A DNA stretch of 64,000 nt from Dendrobates tinctorius (Eukaryota), in the NCBI RefSeq assembly GCF_039654945.1, contig NW_027361810.1, forward strand, positions 5,704,001 through 5,768,000, given 5' to 3'. Below the pieces are notes generated by a model. It had not been told where the DNA came from and made no database searches. It saw nothing but the letters and a program-made list of their open reading frames with translations. Position numbers and translations under genes: made by a program. Position 1 is the stretch's first letter, and every line of letters begins with the position of its first letter. Below, piece after piece: positions 1 through 10,967 of the stretch.

Positions 1-1013
1 ATTCCTGAAGATGCACTTCCGAAATTATTATGTTCACGCAGGCAAGATAACTCACCGATTGCAGTCTTCCCGGGTTTCTAGCACTGTTCCAGTCCTCTGA
101 GGCACGTGACAGCTCTTACAACTTTCCACCTCACTCTGGGCTCTGTATAGGCAAGTCTATGGAGCGTCAGAAAGAGGAGCCGTACACTCGCATTGTAAGT
201 CACTGTCACATGACTAAGAAGAGGACGGCGATCAGCGAGTGGATTAATACACATTACACAGGTGTAGAGAACAAAAAATAAATAAACACAAGTTCTTCTT
301 TAAACACTTTCAAGATCACCGTTTGCCGTGATTACAAGGGAAGCTGAAACAACCTGTACAAAGTGAATACTTCACAGAGCTGAGGATTTGCAACAATTTT
401 ATCCAGCCTAAAAAATTTTCTTAAGAATATCCTGTAGTCTGGACCAATATTGTTACAGACTATGATCAGGAGACATCAGTGCTGATATCTACAGCTCTAC
501 AGGACTGAACTTCAGGATGCAGAGACGGCTCCAGTGACAGTAAGCAGAGATTAGTGAGAAAACCTAATGGTACATAGGAATCCTGCAGAACCGCAGCTCA
601 TATCTGCTCCTACATTCCTAGACCTCCACATATTTATATGACGGTGACGAGCCCAGGTGCCGCCACAGCTCATAACGCACCAGTGAAGAGGTGAGCGCTG
701 CGATAACTAACACTAGGAATTCCCGTCTGACCACAAGTACAACGTGAGACATGACATCATGTGTTCTTACACCGCAATCTTCCCCAAGGCACATTTATTC
801 TGCACAAACAATGGCACCCCTCAGGCCTGGCCTATGTGGAAATGGGAGCGGAAACCCCTAAAAACAAGAGGTTCTACAGCAGAAGCTCTGACGGTGAAGA
901 AAACATATCAGCACAGCACTGCAAGGTCCAGAGCCCACAATACAGGTACTCTGTACTAGTCCGAAAAACAGAGGAGGAGAACACCATTTACTGCAAAACT
1001 GCACAATCCAACG

Positions 1014-1210
1014 TACAGCACTGAGCAGACATTTTAGGAAGGCATGAAAACATGCTGCGCAGTAAGAAAGTTATCAAAACAAGAAGGGTTAATAGTTTAT
1101 TTGTATCAATTGGAAAATGGGAAAAGAACGAAGAAAAGAGAAGTGTAAATCCCATCAATATATGGTGACTCCCAGTCCCTTCCACCGTCAGTATCTAGTG
1201 ACCGCCCGTT
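1014..1210 (+). mobile_element. Degenerate 5' end of a Tc1-like element
   Basis: TA|CAG start and resemblance (from memory) to amphibian Tc1 left ends. Confidence 0.4.
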
Positions 1211-1211
1211 G

Positions 1212-1700
1212 CCTACATAAATTACTGATCCTGTACTTGTCCTGAGTTACATCCTGTATTATCCTCCAGAGCTACACTCACTATTCTGCTGGTGGAGTCA
1301 CTGTGTACATACATTACATTACTGATCCTGTACTGATTCTGAGTTACATCATGTATTATACTACAGAGCTGCACTCAGCACTCACTAATGTATGTACACA
1401 GTGACTGTACCAGCTGAATAGTGAGTGCAGCTCTGGAGTATAATACAGCATGTAACTCAGGATCAGTAATGTAATGTATGTACACAGTGACTGCACCAGC
1501 AGAATAGTGAGTGCAGCTCTGGAGTATAATACAGGATGTAACTCAGGATCAGTAATATAATGTAGGTACACAGTGACTGCACCAGAATAGTGAGTGCAGC
1601 TCTGAAGAATAATACAGGAGGTAACTCAAAATCAGTAATGAAATGTATGTACAGTGACTGCACCAGCAGAATAGCGAGTGCAGCTCTGGGGTATAGTACA
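1212..1700. repeat. ~86-bp satellite family in two opposite-orientation blocks
   Basis: GAGCTGCACTCACTATTCTGCTGGTGCAGTCACTGTGTACATACATTAC units on plus to ~1385, then on minus. Confidence 0.9.
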
Positions 1701-2027
1701 TGACGGGACCGTAACTAATTTCTCATAGGTAAGTGCTTTGAACATTCACAATCAGTTTAGACAATGTTCTGTGAGTGAATCCAGTCCAGAGAGTTTAATA
1801 GTGCTTCCTGCACAGATATAATGTAACCATTTCACATTCAGGTTGTTTATACTGAATACATTTGTTACCAATCATCAGATGGAAGAATTATTAGTTCTGT
1901 ACATGTTTGTCTGAATGTAATCAGGAACATAATTCACAGACTGTCAGCTCAAAGATCGTGGGTACAAGAAACACAAAGTCCATTAATAAGTTGCAGAACA
2001 TTTCATTCTATAATAATAAAGCCTTAA

Positions 2028-5000
2028 CCCCTTTACCCCCAAGGGTGTTTTGCACGTTCATGACCGGGCCAATTTTTACAATTCTGACCACTGTCCCTTT
2101 ATGAGGTAATAACTCTGGAATGCTTCTATGGATCCCGGTGAGTCTGACATTGTTTTCTCGTGACATATTGTACTTCATGTTAGTGGTAAAATTTAATTCA
2201 AATAACTTGCGTTTATATGTGAAAAAAACGGAAATTTGGCAAAAATTTTGAAAATTTCGCAATTTTCCAACTTTGAATTTTTATGCCCTTAAATCACAGA
2301 GATATAGCACACAAAAAACTTAAGTAACAATTCCCACATGTTTACGTTACATCAGCACAATTTTGGAACCAAAATTTTTTTTGTTAGGAAGTAATAAGGG
2401 TTAAAATTTGACCAGCGATTTCTCATTTTTGCAACACCATTTTATTTTTACGGACCACATCACATATGAAGTCACTTTGAGGGGTCTATATGATAGAAAA
2501 TCCCCAAAAGTGACACCATTCTAAAAACTGAACCCCTCAAGGTGCTCAAAACCACATTCAAGAAGTTTATTAACCCTTCAGGTGCTTCACATGAATCTTT
2601 TGAATGTTTAAAAAAAATGAACATTTAACTTTTTTTCACAAAAAAAAAATTACTTCAGGTCCAATTTTTTTTATTTTACCAAGGGTAACAGGAGAAATTA
2701 GACTGAAAAATTTATTGTGCAATTTGTCCTGAGTACGCTAATACCTGATATGTGGGGGGGAACCACTGTTTCGGCGCATGGCAGACCTCAGAAGGGAAGG
2801 AGCACCGTTTGACTTTTTCAATGCAAAATTGGCTGGAATTCAGATCGGACGCCATGTCACGTTTGGAGAGCCCCTGATGTACCTAAACAGTGGAAACCCC
2901 CCACAAGTGACCCCATTTTGGAAACCCCCCAAGGAACTTATCTATATATGTGGTGAGAACTTTGAACTCACAAGGGCTTCACAGAAGTTTATAACGTACA
3001 GCCGTCCAATTAAAAAATCATATTTTTTCCACAAAAATGATCTTTTCACCCCCAATTTTCATTTTCCCAAGGGTAACAGGACCCCAAAAGTTATTGTGCA
3101 ATGTGTCCTGAGTACGCTGATACCCCATATATGGGTGTAAACGACTATTTGGGCGCATGGCAGAGCTCGGAAGGGAAGCACCGCCATTTGACTTTTTTGG
3201 CTGGAATTGGGATTGGACGCCATGCAGCGTTTGGAAAGCCCCTGATGTGCCTAAACAGTGGAAACCGCCCACAAATGACACCATTTTGGAAACTAGACCC
3301 CCTAAAGAACTTATCTAGATGTGTGGTGAGCACTTTGAACCCCCAGTGCTTCATAGAAGCTTATAACACCCAGGCATGAAAATAAAAAAAATCATATTTT
3401 TTCCACAAACATGATCTTTTAGTCCCCAATTTTTTTATTTTCCCAAGGGTAACAGGAGAAATTGGACCCCAAAAGTTGTTGTCCAATTTGTCCCGAGTAC
3501 CCTGATATCCCATATATGGGAGAAAACTACTGTATGGGCACATGTCTGGGCTCGAAAAGGAAGTAGTGACGTTTTGGAATGCAGACTTTGATGGAATGGT
3601 TTGCGGGTGTCATGTCGCGTTTGGAGAGCCTCTGATGTGCCTAAACTGTCGAAACTCCCCACAAATGACCCCATTTTGGAAACTAGACCCCCCCACGGAA
3701 CCTATCTAGATGTGTGGTGAGCACTTTAAACTCCCAAGTGCTTCATAGAAGTTTATAACGTCCGGGCGTGAAAATAAAAAAATCATATTTTTTTCCACAA
3801 AAATGATATTTTTGCCCCCAATTTTTTATTTTCCTAAGGGTAACAGGAGAAATTGGACCCCAAAAGTTGTTTTACAATTTGTCCTGAGTAGGCCGATACC
3901 CCATACGTGGGGGTAAACCACTGTTTGGGCTCATGGCAGAGGTTGGAAGGGAAGGAGCACAATTTGACTTTTTCAACGCAGAATTGGCTGGAATTGAGAT
4001 CAGACGCCATGTTGCGTTTGAAGAGCACCTGATGTGCCCAAGCAGTGGAAACCCCCCCAATTCTAACTCCAACCCTAACCCCAACACACCCCTAGCCCTA
4101 ACCCTAGCCCTAACCCTAATGGGAAAATGGAAATAAAAACATTTTTTTTTAATTTTATTATTTTTCCCTAACTAAGGGGGTGATAACGGGGGGTTTGATT
4201 TACTATTTATGGCGGTTTTTACTTTTGGCAGCTGTCACAGGCTAAAAGACGCTTTTTATTGTAAAAATAGTTTTTGCATCACCACATTTTGAGACCCAAA
4301 ATTTTTCCATATTTTGACCCACAGAGTCATGTGAGATCTTATTTTTTGTGGGACGAGTTGACGTTTTTATTGGTACCATTTTCGGGCGCATGACTTTTTT
4401 GATCATTTTTTATTCCGATTTTTGGGACACAGAATGAACAAAAGCCAGCATTTCAAGAATTTCTTTTGGGGTGGTGCGTTTACACCGTTCCGCGTGCAGT
4501 AAAATTGATAAGGCGGTTTTATTCTTCGGGTCAGTAGGTTACAGTGATACCTCATTTATGTCGTTTTTTTATGTTTTGGTGCTTTTATGCAATGAAAACT
4601 ATTTTATATAAAAAATAATTATTTTTGCATCGCTTTATTCTGCGAGCTATAACTTATTTTTTCGCTGATGACGCTGTATGGCGGCTCGTTGTTTGCGGGA
4701 CAAGATGACGTTTTCAGCGGTACCATGGATATTTATATGCGTCTTTTTGATCGCGCGTTATTGCACTTTTTGTTCGGCAGTATGATAATAAATATTTTTT
4801 GCTTCGTTTTTTATTTTTATTTTTTAAGGGGTTCGCTAAAGGGGTTAACTAATGGGACAGTTTTATAGGGCGGGTCGTTACGGACGCGGCGATACCAAAT
4901 ATGTGCACTTTTATTTTTTATTTTCTTATTTCCAAAAAATGAATTTATTAGGGAATATTTATTTATTTTTTTAAATTTAGCGATTTTTAAAAAATTATTT

Positions 5001-5553
5001 TTACACTTTTTTTTTTTTTTTAACTTTATTACATTGTCCCGGGGGGGGGGGGACATAGCCGTCATGTGACATATCGCTGATCTGTCACATCACAGATCAC
5101 TGTGACAGATCAGCGATCTGTCACAGGCACTACACAGGCTTCCTCCTTGCCTGCGCTTTACAGGCACTGAGGAAGCCAGCTCCCTGCAGGCCCCCGAAGG
5201 TCCCCGTCACCATCTTGGTCCAGGGGACCTGCAGGGAAGGAGACCCCCGCAGCAGCGCTGCACATTGCGCTGCTGTGGGGGGCTCAGGGAAGCACGGAGG
5301 GAGCCCCCTCCCTGCCGATGCTTCCCTTTAACCCCCGTTACACCACGATCGTGTTTGATTGCGGTGTGCAAGGGGTTAACGTGTCGGGGGCGGTCCGTGA
5401 CCGCCCCTGACACATAGTGCCGGGTGTCAGCTGTGATAATCAGATGACATCCGGCCGTGAGCGCAGCTGATCGCGCTAGACGTACTATCCCGTCCATGGG
5501 CATAGGGGCCCGAGTCCCATGGACGGGATAGTACGTATGATGTCAGAAAGGCG
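2028..5553. mobile_element. Large non-autonomous piggyBac-like element with ~390-bp internal tandem repeats
   Basis: TTAA|CCCCTTT ... AAAGGCG|TTAA; AAGGGTAACAGG units at ~2681, 3069, 3445, 3836; (TAACCC)-like tract 4062-4118; terminal hairpin 5480-5536; no transposase ORF. Confidence 0.7.
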
Positions 5554-6037
5554 TTAATGTTTCAAAAACTGACAAAGGGCAAGAAATGCTATAAAAATAA
5601 ATGATTACTCAAGTATTCAATCTCTCACCCCACTCCGGTAATCCTGCAGTGATGGCAACACAGCATCAATTGTGTGACCACTGCAGCCAATCATCGACCT
5701 CAGCAGAAATAGGAGCAGACACTGATAAAAGGGGCCCCTGTGCAACAATATATTGGCTCTTTGCAGTTCAAAACCTTCTCATAATGCACAACTCCACCTG
5801 CTTGGAGGTGATAAAGATCCCGTTGATCTCTTGAGCCCCTGTGCAGCCGCACGGGTTGCACCAATGGTATGTCCACCCATAGCTGTGGTGATCATCTGAG
5901 AATTGTGGATGAGACTCCACAGAAACAGGAGATAAAATATGGGTAATGCTTGGTTTTTACAGAGTGCAGACAACTCCCTTTAAAATAATATATTTAGTGA
6001 CTGCCACAGCAAATACAGTTCCACTGATGCAACTTAC

Positions 6038-6109
6038 CCATGATGGCAGACTGGTACCAGTAGTCACCTCAGGGAGATAAGCGTCCCATGTGCAGTTCCC
6101 GTCTCTCTC
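6038..6109 (-). other. 72-nt internal exon ending in Kozak-context ATG+G (probable translation-start exon)
   Basis: ttttgttgcag| acceptor; ...tctgccatcATGG|gtaagt perfect donor; unique sequence between repeats. Confidence 0.6.
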
Positions 6110-6616
6110 CTGCAACAAAAGGGATTATGTGTTATAGATAGATGCTTTCTTCAAAATATACATAAAAGCAAAATACATTCGGGGCCTCATCAAGGCCAAG
6201 ACCGATCCTTAAAGGGAACCTGTCACCGCCTCCCCCCCGGGTGTTTTTAACTAAAAGACCAACCTTCAGCAGCCCTAAGGCTGCATTCTGTGTAAGTGGC
6301 TCTTCCGTTTCTAACCCCCAGAAACGCCGAAATAACAGGATTTTTTGGGTTGCTTACCGTAAAATCTGTTTCTCGGAGCCTTCATTGGGGGACACAGAGA
6401 CCATGGGTGTATGCTGCTGCCACTAGGAGGCTGACACTATGCACAAAAAAGGTTAGCTCCTCCTCCGCCGTATACACCCCACCGACCGGCAGGAAAATCC
6501 TCAGTTAGTGAGAAAGCAGTAGGAGAAGTAACGGAATAGATTGAAAACAGAACGAACAACTCAACTGTAACCAATCGACAAACATAAGAACAGGAGTTGT
6601 AGAACATGGGAGGTTG

Positions 6617-6718
6617 CTGTGTCCCCCAATGAAGGCTCCGAGAAACAGATTTTACGGTAAGCAACCCAAAAAATCCTGTTTTCTCGTTCGCCTTATTGGG
6701 GGACACAGAGACCATGGG
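6617..6718. repeat. DIRS internal complementary region (ICR)
   Basis: First part is the reverse complement of the left terminus (6335-~6397), second part is the reverse complement of the right terminus (~12209-12247). Confidence 0.95.
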
Positions 6719-6758
6719 ACGTCCCAAAGCAGTCCCTGGGGTGGGAAACAAACTTCCA

Positions 6759-7830
6759 TCAGGCCAGTGGACTCACCACCGCGGCCTGCAGAATCCTTCT
6801 ACCTAGGCTGGCGTCCGCCGAAGCATAGGTGTGGACCCTGTAGAATTTCACAAAAGTGTGAACCGAAGACCACGTTGCAGCTTTGCAAAGCTGCAGCGCG
6901 GAAGCTCTGTGGCGCACCGCCCAGGGGGCACCCACCGCCCGGGTAGAGTGCGCTCTGATCCCTGAAGGAGCTGCACGATGCTTGACCCGGTATGCCTCCA
7001 AAATTGCCGATCTGATCCAGCGAGCAATAGTGGCCTTTGAGGCTGGGTGACCTTTCCTTGCACCGTCTGGAATGATAAACAGAGAGTCTGACTTCCGCAA
7101 GGAAGATGTCCTGGCTAGATAGACTCTCAATGCCCTGACCAGGTCCAGCTTGTTCAAGGATCGCTCCCGAGGATGAGCTGGGCTCGGGCAGAAGGATGGC
7201 AGAACAATGTCCTCATTGAGGTGAAACGAAGATACCACCTTCGGAAGTAAAGAGGGCGGAGGCCGCAGAACTACCTTGTCCTGATGAAGTACCAAAAAGG
7301 GAGAGCGGCAAGAAAGGGCCGCTAATTCTGACACACGTCGGATGGAAGTAATGGCCACCAGAAAGGCCACCTTCCAAGAAAGGAGGGCAAGGGAAACATC
7401 CCTGAGAGGTTCAAAAGGAGGACCTTGCAGAACCCCAAGAACGAAATTAAGATCCCAAGGATCCACGGGCGCTCGGTACGGAGGAACCGTGTGAGCCACA
7501 CCCTGAAGAAAGGTTTTGACCTGGGGCCGGGAGGCCAGCGTCTTCTGAAATAAAATGGACAGTGCCGAAACTTGACCCTTCAAGGAACTGAGAGCAAGCC
7601 CCGCATCCAGCCCTGTCTGAAGAAACGCCAGAACAGAAGGAAGCGAAAAACCCATGGCCGCGATGTCATTGGCCTCACACCAGGAGAAATAGACTTTCCA
7701 AGTACGGTAATAGATCTTGGAAGAGGAAGGCTTTCTGGCGCGGATCATGGTATGAATCACTTGGTCAGAGAATCCTGCCCGTTTCAAAACCTCGGTCTCA
7801 ACAGCCACGCCGTTAAATTGAGCGACCGAG
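6759..7830 (-). CDS. DIRS tyrosine recombinase (true start uncertain; 3' part of track ORF 6759..8972)
   Basis: Catalytic residues present: RRVSEL, AHSTR, TWSS..TFVKFY; no stop in frame. Confidence 0.85.
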
Positions 7831-9675
7831 AATTGGGGTGGCAAATCGGGCCTTGCGACAGCAGATCTGCCCTGTCGGGAAGCTTCCAGGGGGCGTCCGC
7901 GAGGAGGTTGACAATGTCCGCGAACCAAGACCTTCTGGGCCAATTCGGGGCGATGAGGACGACTGGAATCCCTTCTGCCTTGATTTTCTTCAACAGCTTG
8001 GGAAGAAGAGGCAGGGGAGGGAACAGGTAGGGGAGCTCGAACTGTGACCAAGGAACGGCCAGAGCGTCGGCGCCCACTGCCAGGGGGTCCCGAGACCTGG
8101 ACACGAATTGTGGTACCTTCCTTTTGAGGCGAGACGCCATGAGGTCTACGTCCGGGGTTCCCCACCGACGGCAGAGCAGATGAAACACCTCCGGATGTAG
8201 GGACCAGGGACCATTCCCCTGCCGCGAGACCCTCGCGGCTTAGAAAATCGGCGGCCCAGTTGTCCACGCCGGGAATGTGAACCGCGGAAATTGTTGGAAC
8301 AAAGGTCTCTGCCCATTGAAGAATTCTGGACACTTCCGCCAGGGCTGAGACACTCCATGTCCCCCCTTGTCGGTTGATATACGCCACCGCTGTGGCATTG
8401 TCTGTTTGAATCCTGACAGGCAGGCCCTTGAGGCGCCGTTCCCAGTGGACGAGAGCCAGAAGGATCGCTTGTATCTCTAGGACATTGATCTGCAGAGCTG
8501 ATTCCTGAGTCGACCATCGACCCTGAACAGTGTGATTGCGGAACACTGCACCCCAGCCGATGAGGCTGGCGTCCTTTGTGCCAATCTGGGAAGAAAGGAC
8601 CGCCCCGAGAGAATGAGGGGAGACGTCAACCACCAGTTGAGAGACCGCTTGATCCGGCATGAAAGACAAACCGGACGATCCAGAGACAGAGCCGACCTGT
8701 TCCACCTGGACAAAATGGCCTGCTGGAGGGGCCTGGCGTGAAACTGGGCAAAGGGAACTGCCTCTATTGCTGCCACCATCTTCCCCAGAATCCTCATGGC
8801 TGTCCTGAGAGATGAAAACCGTGCGATCTGTAGTGATCGGACGCCCTGCTGCAGGGAAAGAATCTTGTCTTGTGGGAGAAATACCCTTGACCGACGAGTG
8901 TCGAAAAGAAGGCCCAGAAACACAAGGCGTTGAGTAGGGATCAGACAGGACTTTTTCCGGTTGACGATCCACCCAAAACTGGACAGGGTGTCTAGAACGA
9001 TCGCCACACTAAGGCGGGCCTGATGAAAGGAGGGAGCCTTGATCAGAATAAAAAGAACAAGACCTCTGATCCTCAACAAGGCCATCAACGCCGCCATAAT
9101 CTTCGTGAAGACTCTGGGAGCGGTGGCGAGCCCAAAAGGGAGCGCGACGAACTGATAATGTTCGTGGTGAATCGCAAACCACAGGAACTTCGGATGTCCG
9201 GGAAATATGGGCACTTGTAGATAGGCATCTTGGATGTCTATGGAACACATGAATTCCTGCTCCTTCATGGAGGCAATCACCGAGCGAACCGACTCCATCC
9301 GGAAGTGGCGGAGGCGAACTCTCTTGTTGAGTAACTTGAGATCCAAGATGGGTCGAACCGCCCCGTCCTTTTTCGGCACCACAAACAGGTTTGAATAAAA
9401 CCCTGTGAATCGTTCCGATTCGGGAACGAGCACAATCACCCCGGAGCTGAGGAGAGAGGCGATGGCCGAACCGAACCCCGGGATCAAGGCAGGATCCCGT
9501 GGCGGACGGGATGGAAGAAGCGATCCCGTGGAAGAGAAACGAACTCTATTTTGTATCCTGTCGATACAACCTCTCTGACCCAAGCGTCCTCTACTGAGGC
9601 GAACCAGACGTCGCTGAAGAAAAGAAGTCGACCTCCCAATTGGAAGGGACCCACGGAAGACCGATGATAGTCATG
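7784..9675 (-). pseudogene. DIRS RT-RNase H-methyltransferase-like ORF, multiply disrupted
   Basis: FYSNLFVVPKKDG, RPILDLK, SIDIQDAY, LPFGLATAPRVFTK; RNase H DASLIGWG / INVLE / TDNATAVAYIN / NWAADFLSR; MT-like WGTPDVDLMAS...YLFPP; YLDD motif missing. Confidence 0.88.
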
Positions 9676-10967
9676 CGGACGTAGACCGTCCAGATCTAGA
9701 TCTGGGTGGTCTTCCCTGGGAAGAGTGGGACCGCCAGGACGGAGTGGGCCTGAAGGAGACCTTCTTTCTTTCCTGACGTGCTTGTGGCCTTTGCTGGTTG
9801 GAAGGGTTTTCCGCCGCATTGAAACGGCGGAAAGACCGAAAGGGACGGAACTGACGCCTTGGAGGAGGTCTGCGAGGCTTGGATTGGGGGAGAAGAGAAC
9901 TCGTACCTCCGGTAGCGTCCTTAATAATCTGGTCCAATTGGGACCCAAAGAGACGCACTCCTTGAAAAGGCAGATTAGTCAGACTTTTTAGAGGACAAGT
10001 CCGCCTGCCAGGCCTTGAGCCAAATTGTACGTCGGATTGCCACGATGTTGCTTGACGCCTGAACCGCGCAAGATGCGGCATCCAAGGAAGCAGAAAGCAG
10101 ATAATCCCCCGCATGGGAAATCTGATTGGCGAGATTGGCCAAATGCTCCGGTTGTGCCTTATCCAGAATGCCCTGCCGAAGGTCCTCTGCCCAAGCGGAT
10201 ATAGCCTTTGCTGCCCAAGATGAAGCAAAGACTGGACATACCGCCGCAGATGCCGCCTCGAAGGCAAACTTTGCTAGGGATTCTATGATTCTGTCATTAG
10301 AATCTTTTAGGGACGCTACACCCGACAGCGGAAGAACAGTATTATTAGAGAGTCTGGATACGGGAGGGTCCACTGAAGGAGAAGCGGCCCAGTTGTCCGT
10401 GAGCTCTTTAGCGAACGGATACAGCACGCCGAGACGCTTTCCTCTTTGAAAGCGTCTAGTCGGATCTTCCCTTTCCTTGGTAAAAATCTTCCCAAACTCG
10501 GAATGAAAGGGAAACACCCTGGAAGGTGTTTCCGCCCGTCTGAACGAAACCTCCTGATCTGAGGATTTCGCAGGGGCGTCAGTGATGTCGAAGGTATGGT
10601 GAATCGCGGCAATGAGGTTCTGCACCGTAACCTTCATGTTCGCATCCTGATCCGAATCCAGCTCTAAGACCCCTTCAGATTCCGAAAGCGCTTCACCTGA
10701 CTCGGGAGAGGAGGCCCGAGAGGGAGACTGCTGGGGAGTATGGGGTGAGGTAGGGCGAGGAGAGGACTCCGCCTGGAGATCCTGCCTGGGTTTCTTGTGA
10801 CTGACACTGGCTGGCTCAGATGGGACGTCCTGGGACGTGCTAGGTCCCGCAGAAGCTCCCAAGGGCAACTTATCCAGAACGGCTACTAGGGACTGAGACA
10901 CCTTGGTGAGGTCTGCCACCGACTGTGATAGGGAGGAGGCCCAACCCGGCAAGGGGGGCTCACTCAC
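9671..10967 (-). pseudogene. DIRS gag-like ORF1 (LAP2alpha-C-like), frameshifted near 9980
   Basis: PSVDPPVSRLS, LKDSNDRIIESL and RRTIWLKAW..D..SK motifs, continued in another frame as LPFQGVRLFGSQLDQII. Confidence 0.8.

Noticed and set aside
5-35. CTGAAGA...GAAA as a hammerhead
   Set aside because: No stem II or stem III pairing.
4062-4118. Chromosome-fusion telomere relic
   Set aside because: Short, degenerate and internal to a dispersed TTAA-flanked element.
6759-8972. 737-aa ORF as a genuine RNase H-recombinase fusion protein
   Set aside because: Explained by a 7-bp duplication at 8199-8212 joining two overlapping DIRS frames.
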